A stretch of DNA of 64,000 bases, from the NCBI RefSeq assembly GCF_009914755.1, contig NC_060934.1; one strand, 5' to 3'. The position numbers were made by a program, and so were the translations under genes. Under the pieces are notes generated by a model. It worked only from the letters and a program-made list of their open reading frames with translations, made no database searches and was not told where the DNA came from. The DNA is from the human T2T-CHM13v2.0 reference genome, Homo sapiens. Each line of letters opens with the position of its first letter. The stretch's first letter is position 1. This document shows positions 15,719-31,410 of the stretch, piece after piece.

Positions 15719-17529
15719 TAATTTTTATTTTTTGTAGAAATGTGATCTCACTATGTTGCCCAGGCTGGTCTTGAACTCCCGGCCTCAAGTGATCTTTCCT
15801 CCAGCTTTCCAAAGTGCTGGTATTACAGGCATGAGGCACTGTGCCCAGCCTCACATCAGTTTTTTTTTTTTTTTAACAGATTTGAAGGAATGCAATTGAA
15901 TATTGTTTCTATGGTTAAGGAAAAAACAGTTTGCTAAGAATTTAGTTATTTCCTATATGGTAAACAGTGTGAGAGTGGACCTACTTGTAACATTGAGATA
16001 GTCATACTGCAAAGCAGAGATGCCATGAGGAGCAGAGATGATGTCTGTAAAGCGTCTTGCAGTGTGTCTGCTATACAACAGATGCTTAAAAGTGGTGGGT
16101 ATTGTATATGTTTGAAGAGATTTGTGTATTTATTTCATTACTTTCACCTGTTTTCCATCTTGCCATTTTATTCATGTTATGTAGAGGAAAGTAATTAAGT
16201 CTTCTAAGTATTCCATATGTACCATTTCTCAGTATCTGCAAAAGCATTTTTCCTGCTGGAGGATTAAGATACTTTATGAATGAATTGGTTTCACTGTTCC
16301 CATGTGATGCAGAATTATAGTTGTGGTTTCCAGCGAGATGACTATGCCGCAGTTATTTTCTTGTGCTTGTATAATGAGAGGGTTTTGGTGTTTCTGCTGT
16401 GTTCTAGACAGTTACACTATACAGCTCATTTTCATATCATATTTCATACGCAACACCATATTGTGGTGAGTTTTCTGTAAAAGTAGGATCAAGGGACGAG
16501 GAAGTGGGAGGACAAGACAGTGGAAGGCCAGAGTTGATCCAAGCCATGGAATTTTGGATGGAGTGGATATAGGTTAGATTTAGAGAAAAAAGCGGGTGTC
16601 TGTTGGTTTCTTCTATCCTTGGAGGAGTAAGTAATTTGTACAGGAGTTATTACAGAATTGCAGGGAGATTTGTCTACTGGGCAACACAGAAGTTAAGTTG
16701 CTTTCCTTATTTCCCATTTTCTAGAGACTCTGATACTGCATTATGAGTTGGTAAAACAAACAGACTAATAAAACAAGAAAATCAAAATAGTGTTCTATTT
16801 TCTCTTCCTTTTTAAAGAACCAATAACCTTTATTAATTAGGTACATTACTAATTCACATTACTTCATTACTAATTAGGTACACGCAGTTTTAACAAAATT
16901 GAAACTTTGCTTGAAACACACACAGGAAGCTGGCAAAGGAAAGGAAGGTGGAAGGAGACTAACATTTTTTTGAGGGGCAGACACAGTGATAAAAGACTTC
17001 CTATTACTGTATTCAATGCTGACAGTAACCCTAACCCATGAGGTGTAAGTATTCGGATTCTCATTATGCAGAATGGGAAATAGAAACACGTCTTGTTGTT
17101 TTTGTTTTGTTTTGTTTTTTGAGACAGTCTCACTCTATCACCCAGGCTGGAGTGCAGTGGCGCAACCTCTGCCTCCTGGGTGCAAGAGATTCTCGTGCCT
17201 CAGCCTCCCAAGTAGCTGGGAGTACAGGTGCGCACCATTACGCCTGGCTAATTTTTGTATTTTTAGTAGAGGTGGGGTTTCACCATGTTGGTCAGGCGGG
17301 TCTTGAACTCCTGACCTCACGTGATCCACCCGCCTGGGCCTCCCAAGTGCTGAGATTACAGGCGTCGGCCACCTTGCCTGGCTTTTATTTTTTATATGTA
17401 GAAATAGAGATGGGGTTTTATCATGTTACCCTGGACTCAAGCAATCTGCCCGCTGCAGACTCACAAAGTGCAGGGATTACAGGTGTGCATCACTATGCTC
17501 AGCCTTATTCAGTATTTATTAAGTGAGCA

Positions 17530-17725
17530 GTATAGCATTAAGAACTCACATGCTCATTGTCTCATACAATCTTACAACAATCCTATGAAATATATGTTCT
17601 GCTTTAATTTATAAAGTAAGACACTGAGGCTTAGAGATGCCAGGTAACTTGCTTAAGAACATAGTTGATCTGGGATTAGAATCCCTGGGTTGAATGGTAT
17701 GTGTTCATTTTAGTCACCATATCTC
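17530..17725 (-). mobile_element. MIR element
   Basis: AATCTTACAACAATCCTATG...ACACTGAGGCTTAGAGA...GTAACTTGCTTAAG, the MIR core. Confidence 0.7.
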
Positions 17726-19495
17726 TGAGCTAAGGCAATGAGGAAAATGTGAAAGGCCCAAAAGATGGAGAGTAGTGAGACTGAGAGGTGGACTGGTTGA
17801 GGAATAAGTCATGTTGAGGTTATTGCTGTCATCTTTTAGACTTGTTAAATTTGGAGAGATGTGAGCATCTTCTAGCTTCATTTCACACAAAAAACAAAAA
17901 TGTTAACATGATTTAAATACTTCAAATCTTTGAGTTTGTCAATTCTACTGCTGCTATATTTTAATATTAAGGTGTTCCTTTAACTGTGTTTAACTCTTTC
18001 CATTTTTAATTTTACTTAAAATATTTTTAGTGAGACCCTGTCTCAAAAAAAAAAAAAATGTTGGCTGGGTGTGGTGGCTCACAGCTGTAATCCCAGCACT
18101 TTGGGAGGCTGAGACAGGAAGATCCCTTGAGCCCTGGTGTTTGAGACAAGGCTGGGTAACAAACTGAGACCCTCATCTCTACAAAAAATGCAGGAATTAG
18201 CTGGGCATGGTGGTGAGTGCCTGTAGTCTCAGCTAGTAGGGACGCTGAGGCGAGAGGATTGCTTGAGCTGGGGAGATGGAGGCTGCAGTGAGCTATGATT
18301 GCACCACTGCACAGCAACCTGGGCAGAAGACCCTTTCTCAAAAAAAAGAAAAAAAAGAAAAAGTTTTTACACTCCCTGGACCTTATTTCCCTCTGAATCA
18401 TGGTCTGGTAATTCTTCACTATCATGGTAATGATTCATATTCACTCTCCTATTCCTTCAAGCAGATGACTTTGTATTTTGTCCAGCTTTTCTAATTGTCT
18501 TCAGCAGGAGGTTTCTCCCAGATTATCAATTTCATTATCACTAGAAGTGAAAGTTTCTTATTCTCTTTTACTTAATAAGTGCAAGGTTATATTATGATGC
18601 AATTAGCATGGAGCTAGCCTATCCCAATACTAGTAGCAAACTTGTTTAATACTTAGATGCATATATCTATATGTGTGTATATATATACTTTAAAAAGAAA
18701 TTTATAAAAAGAGATGGGGTTTCACTGTGTTGCCCAGGCTGGTCTTGAACTCCTGGGCTCAAGTGATCCACCTGCCTCGGCCTCCCAAAGTGCTGGGCTG
18801 ACAGGAGTGAGCCACCTAGCCCAGCCTTAGTGCTCTGGGAGAGGTTCCAGTGCCCCAAAATACTGTGCTCGGTTAATATCTCCAATTTTTTTTTTTTTTT
18901 TTTGGAGACAAGAGTCTCACTCTGTCACCCAGGCTGGAATACAGTAGTGACATCTCAGCTCACTACAACCTCTGCCTCTTGGGTTCAAGCAATTCTCATG
19001 CCTCTACCTCCCAAGTAGCGGGGACTACAGGCATGCACCACCATGCTCACTAATTTTTTGTATTTTTAGCAGAAATGGGGCTTCACTGTGTTGGCCAGGC
19101 TGGTCTCGTACTCCTGGCCTCAAGCCTTCTGCCTGCCTTGGCTTTCCAAAGTGCTGAGATTACAAGTGTGAGCCACCATGCCTGGCCTTCCAATTTTTAT
19201 ATTAAATGAATTTTAACTGCTCATTACATGGTTTACGTGTACACTGTTTTCTTAATTAGTGGCAGCCATGGTTCTCCATTGCTACAGTTGTACGGACTGA
19301 GAGTCAAGTGCCATAACACATGCTTTTCTTTTTTCTTTTTTTGTGTGTGACAGGGTCCTGCTCTGTTGCCCAGTCTGGAGTGCAGTAGTGTGATCATGGC
19401 TCACTGCAGCTTCGACCTCCCAGACTCAAGTGATTCTCCCATCTCAGCCTCCTGAGTAGCTGGGACCAGAGGCATGTACCACCATGCCCGGCTAG

Positions 19496-19678
<183 letters not shown>

Positions 19679-20041
19679 TAACTCTAATGTTAGTATTTCC
19701 CCCCATTGAGTCTACTGGAGGTTGACTTGCTCATGGTCCCATCATTGGGATTTGGATCTCCCCAAGGATATCCTCGTTTTGTATAAGATCCCAGCACTTT
19801 GAGAGGCCAAGGTGGGATGATCACTTGAGGCCAGGAGTTTGAGACCAGCCTGGGCAACATATTGAGACCCTGTCTCTACAAAACATAAAAACAATTGGAG
19901 GCTGAGGTGGAAGGATCACTTGAGCCCAGGAGTTCACTGCATGTCTGCCTTGAGCCATGACTGCACTAGTGTACACCACCCTGGGTGACAGAGCAAGGCC
20001 CTGTCTCTAAATAAATAAATAAATATTTAAAAAATATATAA

Positions 20042-20404
<363 letters not shown>

Positions 20405-21232
20405 TGACTAAGTATTTGGATATCAGGAAAATCAAACAGACTTTGGAAAGTTAATTGTAGAAATTCTGTTGTAAATATTATGAGTTCAATGATAAGTCTT
20501 TTTATTTTTTGGCTCCTCTCTTTTTTCTATCTGAGTTATGTTCCATGGAAAAGTGCTTTTCAATAAGAACCACAGCCATTAAGCAGTGTCCTCGAACATA
20601 GCTGTTGTTCTGTATTCTATTTCTGGAATGAACAAAGTAAGAGCATCCCCTACTTCCAACATCAGAAGCATCTGTGCAGTACAGGGTCATCCAGCTGAGA
20701 GAGTAACTCATTTGTAGGCAGTCAAATCTTGCTTCTCCATAGATTGTGTGAGACTCGAGTAAATGAATTTAGAAACTAAAGAAATAAGCCTTTTCTGAAT
20801 AACTGGTCTCATCTCAACAAAAACAGCCTACATAAAGGCCGGGCACAGTGGCTCACACCTGTAATCCCAGCACTTTGGATGACCGAGGTGGGTGGATCAT
20901 GAGATCAGGAGATTGAGAACATCCTGGCTAACACGGTGAAACCCCGTCTCCACTAAAAAATACAAAAAATTAGCTGGGTGTGGTGGTGGGCACCTGTAGT
21001 CCCAGCTACTGGCTGGAGGCTGAGGCAGGAGAATGGTGTGAACCCAAGAGGCAGAGCTTGCAGTGAGCCGAGATTACACCACTGCACTCCAGCCTGGGTG
21101 ACAGAGCAAGACTCCCTCTCAAAAACAAACAAACAAACAAACAAACAAACAAAAACAGCCTACATAATATCCATTCTCAAAATAATTGCTTTTCTCTGAT
21201 TAGGAGACTTAGTTATACAAGGGTGTTTTCTA

Positions 21233-21591
<359 letters not shown>

Positions 21592-22187
21592 TCACCTCTC
21601 TTTAGTTCTCCCCTTGAAAAGGTAACTTATATTTTTGATAATCGTCTTAACAGGAGCGTTATTCTTGGCTTTTCAAAGAAACAATTATGGACAATTGAAA
21701 GAACAACAAAAATAATTCTAACGGGAACGGTAGAGAAGTAAAGGCTGGCATCTCTTCATATGCATGCTCAGTAACCTTGCTACCCAAGTGGTGGCATATT
21801 TATTGATATTTGTATCTCCCCATGGCCCCTAACAACCACACTGGAATGTTACCTCAGCAACTTAGTGCTCCAGTGTCTTTGTGGGTGCTGTTACCTCCAT
21901 GTGGGGCACACTCCTTTCTTCTCTCCCTCTATATCTTGCCAACTCCTACCTGCCAACCCTTGGGTTTCAGTGGGAAATATTGCTTCCCCTGGGAAGCCTC
22001 CTCTGGGTACTATATACCTCCTGGGCTCATCTCATTCTACATTACATCATGAATATGTGTTTATTTGTTTGTGTCTCTTAGAAGATGGTAGTTTCCGGGT
22101 GGGTGGCAACAATGACATTCCTCCAGTTATACACTCAGCACTATGTCTGCATGAGAGAGGTGCTCAAGGCTGGGGCACAGTGGCTCA

Positions 22188-22499
<312 letters not shown>

Positions 22500-23130
22500 T
22501 TAAGGGGTTTTGGTTATTAAATGGGGAAAGTTATTGTGAAAAACAAATTAATACATTTAAAGAAAACATTTTTGGACCTGGGTTCTTTTAAGGTTCTTCA
22601 ATAATTTTAAGTTCTCTGAAATGGAAGGGAAAAAAATAAAGTTTTTTTAAAAAAAATTTTTAATTTTTTCACTTTTTATGATGGAGTCTCACTCTGTTGC
22701 CCAGGCTGGAGTGCAGTGGCAGCATTTTGGCTCACTCTCTGCCTCCGGGGTTCAAGGGATTCTCTTGCCTCAAGCTCCTGAGTAGCTGGGACTACAGGCA
22801 TGCGCCACCATACCTGGCTAATTTTTGTATTATTATTATTATTTTCAGACAGAGTTTCGCTCTTGTTGCACAGGCTGGAGAGCAAATGGTGCGATCTCGG
22901 CTCACTGCAACCTCCGCCTCTCAGGTTCAAGCGATTATCCTGCCTCAGCCTCCCAAGTACCTGGGATTACAGGCACCCGCCACCACGCCCAGCTAATTTT
23001 TTGTATTTTTAGTAGAGACAGGGTTTCACTATGCTGGCCTGGCTGGTCTCCAACTCCTGACCTCAGGCGATCCACCTGCCTTGGCCTACCAAAATGCTGG
23101 GATTACAGGCGGGAGCCACTGCGCCTGAGC

Positions 23131-23166
<36 letters not shown>

Positions 23167-24094
23167 AGACAGAGTCTCTCTCTGTTGCCCAGGCTGGAAT
23201 GCAGTTGCAAGATCCCAGCTCACTGGAACCTGTGCCTACTGGGTTCAAGCGATTCTCCTGCCTCAGCCTCCTGACTAGCTGGGACTACAGGCATGCGCCA
23301 CCATGCCTGGCTAATTTTTGTATTTTTAGTAAAGACGGGGTTCCACCATGTTGGCCAGGCTGGTCTCAAACTCCTGACCTCAAGTGATCCTCCCGCCTTG
23401 GCCTCCCAAAGTGCTGGGATTACAGGCATGAGGCACCATGCCCAGCCCTGTTATTGGATTTTTCTGTCCAAATTTTGAATCTAGACACTGACACAGGGAG
23501 TAGGCCTTCCAGTTTCTAGTTGGTACAAAGAAGAGTTGAGAAATTTGAGAGAGGCAATAATTTCAGCCCCATTCTTACAACAGTTTGTCTCAGTTGGTAA
23601 CTGTTGAAGATTATTCACCTACTTTTTCCTCAATTCTTGCTTTAGAAGAGCCATCAAGGAACAGCTATTACCAGCAGAACTGCTGGAAGGAATCCAGTAG
23701 ATCTGGCCCCTTGGGAGAGTGGGGGAAGAGCAAGAGTAGCCTCAGGGAAAGGGGTCAGGGAGAGATCCAGCAGGAAAGGCTCTTCTAGTGGACCAACCGC
23801 TTACATCCGGACTATTACTCCACCCAGTCTTCCAAGGAGATTCTCCAGTGTTAGCCTTTCAGGTTCCTATGTGTCACAGGAAATAAAACCAAACTAGCTT
23901 TTTTAAATCTATGAGAGAGAACGGGCGCGGTGACTCATGTCTGTACTCCCTGCACTTTGGGAGGCTGAGGTAGGCTGACCACTTGAGGTCAGGAGTTTAA
24001 GACCAGCCTGGCCAACATAGTGAAACCCTAACTCTATTAAAAATACAAAAATTAGCCGGGCGTGGTGGCACGTGCCTGTAATCCCAGGTACTCA

Positions 24095-24187
<93 letters not shown>

Positions 24188-25137
24188 TCAAGACACCATC
24201 TCAAAAAAAAAAAAAAAGAAGAAAAGAAAAAAAAAATTAGCTTGTTGTGGTAGCACATGCCTATTTGGGACACTGACATGGGAGGATCGCTTGAGCCCAG
24301 GAGTTCGAGGTTGCAGTGGGCTATGATTGGAGCATTGCACTCCAGTCTGGGGAAGAGAGTGAGACCCTATCAAGAAAAAAAAAAAAAATCTCTGAAAGGT
24401 ACAAGACATTCTTTTCTTATTCCTTAAATTTTTAAAAAGTTTTTAATTTTTATGGGTACATAGTACATGTGTACTTATTCTTATTGATTGGAAGTTTATA
24501 ATAGATGGTACTTGGAATATCTTTAGTTATCACTGCAAAATTGTAGCCCCCAAAATCAGAAGAAAAATAAAGAATTTCTTGGGAGAGGAGAGCGCGGGAC
24601 ATATTGGAAGGAAATTGTGTTTCGGTCTTCAGTCTTGAGGAAAGGTGAATTACTCCTGAGATTAATTTGGAAGAAAATTCCTTGTAGTATGCTGCTGTTG
24701 TTTTAATCTAGGTAGTTTGTACTTACAGTTTCTTATCAATCCAGAGGTGCATATACCCAGAAAGAGAAGTGGAGTTTTGGAATTATTCATAATTTTAATC
24801 CTGAAGCCACAACACACACACACACACAGCTTCTTTTTTTTTTTTTTTTTTTTTTGAGGTGTAGTCTCATTATGTCACCCAGGCTGGAGTGCGGTGGTGT
24901 GATCTCAGCTTAACTGCAAACTCCGCCTGCCGGTTTCCAGCAATTCTCTTGCCTCAGCCTCCCAGGTACCTGGGATTACAGGCAAGCGCCACCAGGTCTG
25001 GCTAATTTTTGTATATTTAGTAGAGACAGGGTTTCATCATGTTGGTCAGGCTTGTCTTGAGCTCCTAACCTTGTGATCAGCCCGCCATGGCCTCCCAAAG
25101 TTTGGGATTATAGGTGTGAGCCACTGCGCCCAGCCAA

Positions 25138-25140
<3 letters not shown>

Positions 25141-25205
<65 letters not shown>

Positions 25206-25209
25206 TATG

Positions 25210-25271
<62 letters not shown>

Positions 25272-25275
25272 CACA
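25141..25275. repeat. Compound (AT)n(AC)n(AT)n microsatellite
   Basis: Directly visible. Confidence 0.97.
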
Positions 25276-26253
25276 TTTTTTTTTTGAGACAGTCTCTTCC
25301 TGTTGCCCAGGCTGCAGTGCAGTGGCGCAATCTCAGCTCACTACAAACTCCGCCTCCTGGGTTCAAGCGATTCTCCTGCCTCAGGCTCCTGAGTAGCTTG
25401 AGATTACAGGCACGTGCCACCATGCCCAGCGGAAGACATTTCTTTTAAGGTTATTTTAGGATATTTACAAATGTCTTTTGTTAGATACTGAAAATCAAGA
25501 GGATTTGTAGAGAGAGCTGTATAGATGGTTAGAAGTGGGATCAACTCAAATTCTATATATTTTCATATTTTTTCTGTATATTAATAAACATCTTATGGTA
25601 CATGCTCAAGTCAAGTTCTAACCTGCTGTGCAAGCTGAGATATTTTTACTTCTTTGGGCCTCTGAATTATTTCATAGCTAATATTTAATTTTTTTTGTAG
25701 AGATGTGTCTCCGCTATGTAGCTTAGGCTAGCCTTGAAATCCTGGGCTTAAGTGATCCTTCAACCTTGGCCTCTCAAAGTGCTTGGATTGCAGATGTGAG
25801 CCACTGCACCTGGCCTCTGCTCAGAATTTCTGACTATTCTCTCCCATCAAAACTCGCCCAGAGCTCAGACCACCAAATCACTTAGTATAGGAATTGAAAC
25901 ACCTGATCTATGCTGTGTTCAAACAAGTATAGATCTTCGTGGTGAAGCATCAATTTGATATTTGGAGTTAATGTTAGTTCTGATCACATTCATTAACTTT
26001 CATATATAGCTAGGATGAGCCTTGGCTTTATTTATTATCCAATTTTACAGAAGAGTGCACACACAGGCCTTCGATGTTTGCTTAGGTTGTCAAGTGCAAT
26101 GTTGTATGGCTTCATGAGTATCCTATACAGTGAAAACACCTGTCTTTGGGCCTTTACAAAACAGACCTCTCAGCAATATAGATATTCTGTACACCTAACC
26201 CTCTGAGCCTGATTTCATTTTATTTTATTTTATTTTCATGATCACACAGCTAA

Positions 26254-26487
<234 letters not shown>

Positions 26488-26729
26488 TGAAGTGATCCAC
26501 CTGCCTCAGCCTTCCAAAGTGCTAGGATTACAGGCGTGAGCTACCACGCCCGGCTGATCGACTTAAATTATACAATTCTATCATAATATATCATGGCCAC
26601 TTTACTAAATATTGAACAATTAACCTGGAAAAAAATGTTCATTTTTTAAAGTTATATTCAAACATTCAACAGAAGAGGCATAATGTGTAACTGAAATGCA
26701 AGGCACTTCAAGAAATGTAGGACTACCCT

Positions 26730-27670
<941 letters not shown>

Positions 27671-27793
27671 TCACCAAAAATGGGATGTACAGCTAAAAGA
27701 TTTTGTACCTATTTTCAAATCTTACTGTATTTGATTATTTTTCTGCCAGTTTCAATGCTGCTTTATTCCTCACAGAGAGCTTCTTATAGATAG

Positions 27794-28090
<297 letters not shown>

Positions 28091-28249
28091 TAGTGGAGAC
28101 AGGGTTTCCTGTTGGCCAGGCTGGTCTCAAACGCCTGACCTCAGGTGATCCTCCTGCCTCGGCCTCCCAAAGTGTTAGGATTACAGGCGTGAGCCACTGT
28201 GCCCGGCCAATAGTTTTTTTCTTACATGAATTTGTTAAAAATGTGGGTG

Positions 28250-29970
28250 AGGGGTGGGTGAGTGAGAGGTAATTTAAAAGTGGAAAAACAACGCATGCCG
28301 GACTTCACGTTCCAACACGGAAAGCATGCTTTTGTGGCAAACTGAAAGGCTAGGGATTAAGGGTGATGAAATGCAGGCCTTCCGGCCCTCACTCTGTTCC
28401 TGATTTCTGGTTGTGGGAATCTGTTCTGAATCCAGCTGCAAGTGGAAAACCCATCTTTGGCTGAGCAGCCGGGGAGGCCCTCCTGCCAATCCCCGAAATG
28501 TGCTGCTGAAACTTTGGCCCTGCAAGGCTGGAGCTAGGGCTGTCTTCCCCAGATCTGTGCAGCTGTCAAGGTGGCTGTGATGGGACTGTGACCGCCCTCT
28601 ACACTGCATTTTGGCAGTGACCTTGAGACCAGCCAGCTCACCACAGCTGCCCTGCTCTGCTGCCGCTGTTGCAATGCCAGGTGGCTTAAGAGGGGTCGTG
28701 GGGGGCACGGCTCCCGGTCCAGTCTTTCCCAGTGTCTGGCAGGTGCTAGCTGTGGTGCCAGCTGTCCCACTGCCTACCACCCACTGGGCGTGGGGGCAGT
28801 CCAGGTGTGTGTCGGGAGATGGTGGTTTGTTCTACCCCTGGCTCAGGTCCCGATCCCTGGGAAGTGGGTGGTTCCGTCTGACCGCGAGTCTGGTGCGCAG
28901 ACCGGCCCCACGTGGGGACTTGCTTGGCAGGTCTGCGGATATAGATGCTCAGTGACAGTTGATCTTGGGAGACAGAAGAGCCAAAGGTGTCCTTTTGTCC
29001 CAAAGATATGAGTCCGAATTTTCCTTCTCGTAGGGGAGAAATTTTATTTGGAAATGAAGGTCATCAGAAATGCCCAGAGCAAGAGAGAAAATCCTTTCTC
29101 TCTAGCCACTCAGAGTGGCAAGTGTATTTTGAAAACTCCTCCCTCTCTTTTTGTCCTCATCCTGTCCTTTTCCTTTTCAGTGGCTTTACTGTTATTTTTT
29201 AATTCGCCATTGTCATTGGACATTTATTGACAGAAATCAAATTGCTGTGTTTCTGGGCAAAGCGCCTGCTGCAAAGAGGTGTGGTTCCTGAGGAATGAGA
29301 CACGCAGCCCAACAGCTGAGCCTACACTGTCCTCACATAACCTCCCTGCCTTAAATATCGCCAATATTTAGCCTTGCCTTATAAAGTAAAAATGCACAAT
29401 ACCTTCCAGAGTTTCAGCAAGCCCAAATGCCCCCCTAGGCTCAGTTATGTCTCCTGTACATTGGAGGCAGAGCAGCGCACCCCTCCCCCATGCAGACCTG
29501 CCCTCGGAACCGCCAAGAGGTTACTAATCAGGAAGGCTCTACCATCGATCCAATGGTGGTGACCTGGGGGATTTGTGTGCATTGTTTTTGTTGAAGCCTC
29601 CTGTGATTTCGGCGCGACCAGATCCTCTGCAGCGAACTCCATGTCGCAGCTTGTGGCTGCCTGTGTCCTGTGGTGAGAGCCGAGCCGCACAGGAGATCCT
29701 TTGTCTAGGAAGGGCTAGGCTGAGAAGATCACTTTGGAGTTGCTAAGCTCTGCATTGCCATTGGCTGCACTCTTTGTGGGGCTGTTTTTGCAAAAGGCAT
29801 GCCCAGCACGTCTACAGTGCTGGCAGGCCAGGGCTGCCTTTAAACACCATGATAATAATACCAAAAAGCAGTTTGCAGAACTGTTCCACTGTAGAGGCTT
29901 CCTCTGCAGAAGCAAGCAAGATGGCTACCTCGTGGGCTTCGCTGTGAAGAATGCAGAGGCTAATTAAGAC
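28250..29970 (+). promoter_or_regulatory. TET1: Intron-2 internal promoter/enhancer region, likely that of the short CXXC-less TET1 isoform (TET1s/TET1-ALT)
   Basis: Alu-free, GC- and CpG-enriched segment just upstream of exon 3, with GGGCGTGG (28786), palindromic E-box CCCCACGTGGGG (28906-28917) and many CAGCTG/CAGGTG boxes. An intron-2 promoter for short TET1 is established; the exact TSS cannot be read from sequence. Confidence 0.7.
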
Positions 29971-30202
29971 AGACTTTAAGGGGAAAAAAGGGTATTTCCC
30001 TGCTTCATCTTTATGCAAGATTTTTTTAGTGACTTTTAAAGTATACATTTTACATAAGCTCTTTAGGTTCTGCCTAGCAAACATGTTGATGATTTTAAAT
30101 GGTATAAATAGTTTTACAGAGAAATAGCCAAAAATTTTGGGGATGTGGGAGCTAATTTTATTTCTTAAACAGAGGCTCATTTTGCAATTTGATTTTTTTT
30201 AG

Positions 30203-30256
30203 GTTATAAAGGAAAACAAGAGGCCCCAGAGGGAAAAGAAGCCCAAAGTTTTAAAG
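30203..30256 (+). CDS. TET1: TET1 coding exon 3, 54 nt, VIKENKRPQREKKPKVLK (aa 639-656)
   Basis: tttttttag|GTTATAAAGGAAAACAAGAGGCCCCAGAGGGAAAAGAAGCCCAAAGTTTTAAAG|gtaatc; in frame with exon 2, phase 0-0, matches the TET1 protein. Confidence 0.96.
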
Positions 30257-31339
30257 GTAATCAGCTGTTGATTAAATAATATTTCATTATTTTTCCATTT
30301 CATATAGTATTTTTCTGCACTTGGGTATATTTGGAGTACAGTATATGTGAATTCTCCCAGATTTTCAGTAGATGGATGAATTTCCACTCAACTAAAGTGT
30401 TTTCTCTCTCTTTTTTTTGATGTGCTGCATAATGTGCATATTAGCATCCTTTATTTTCAACTCCACTCAAGTCTACAGAAAGAAAAGTTTGTATGCAGAG
30501 TGTTGTGAATAAAATTTGTTTTTCTTTATAGCTCCCTTTGTAGCATCTGCATTTGTGGTGTTGCACCAGTGTGTAAACTTAAGCCCTTTAGAAGAAAGGC
30601 ACTATTTGAAGTTGACAGCTATGATCCATTGTGATTTTAATAGACTGTCCATTAAAGGCTATTTTAAAATGTATGATTCTTTTCCAAAGAAAAAGTCCTT
30701 AATGTGTAAGTAGTGGAGATCTTACAGCCAAATTATAGTTGTTTAATCTCAAATTCTCATAATATCATCTTTAATTTTGGCTTTCATGAAGCCATAAGAA
30801 TATGCATGTTTTCTTTATTTTCTATAGTTTGCCTGATGAGTATTAATAGTAACCTAATTCAGTTATAAGCTCACAGTCTGTGTGATGAGATTTGTACAGT
30901 GTTTAGAAGGGTTAATTTAAAAGCATATGGCATCACTAAAAGTTCAAGGCTAGCTTTAGTCTAACGAATAGGTGCTTATGTGTTTAAGATTTCAAGTGGT
31001 GTATTGCTATTACAAATGTAAGCAACCTTTGCAAGCCACCTTTTAAATTCATGAAGAAATACTAAGCAATAAAATGACTTATCTTTAATTATTTTGTGTA
31101 CATTTAATTTAAAATAGTTTTACCTAATCCTAGCTTTCCTTTTTTACACATAAAGTTTTAGCACTCAAAGAGGAACAACATGTTGAACTATGAATGTGGC
31201 AGAATTTTATTTCATTTGTTGCCCCAGTGTGTAACTTGAAAATGTTGACACGGAGAACCAAACCTTGCCCTGCTTTCAAATTTGCCTGACCACATTGAGT
31301 TTCTGCTTCCTGTGTATATACAGCATTTTCATGTACCTG

Positions 31340-31410
31340 TTTCATCAACCAACAAGTATTTATTTAATATTTACCACATAGTCAGCAATGTGCTAGGCAC
31401 TGTGAAATGA
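31340..31410 (-). mobile_element. L2 3'-end fragment
   Basis: TTCATCAACCAACAAGTATTTATTTAATATTTACC...AATGTGCTAGGCACTGTG. Confidence 0.6.

Noticed and set aside
28291-28331. Possible p53 response element (ACGCATGCCG ... AAGCATGCTT)
   Set aside because: Only one perfect half-site (28322-28331); the other is mismatched and 21 nt away.
28274-29003. GC-rich ORFs on both strands (168 aa, 114 aa)
   Set aside because: No recognisable protein similarity; expected in stop-poor GC-rich promoter DNA.
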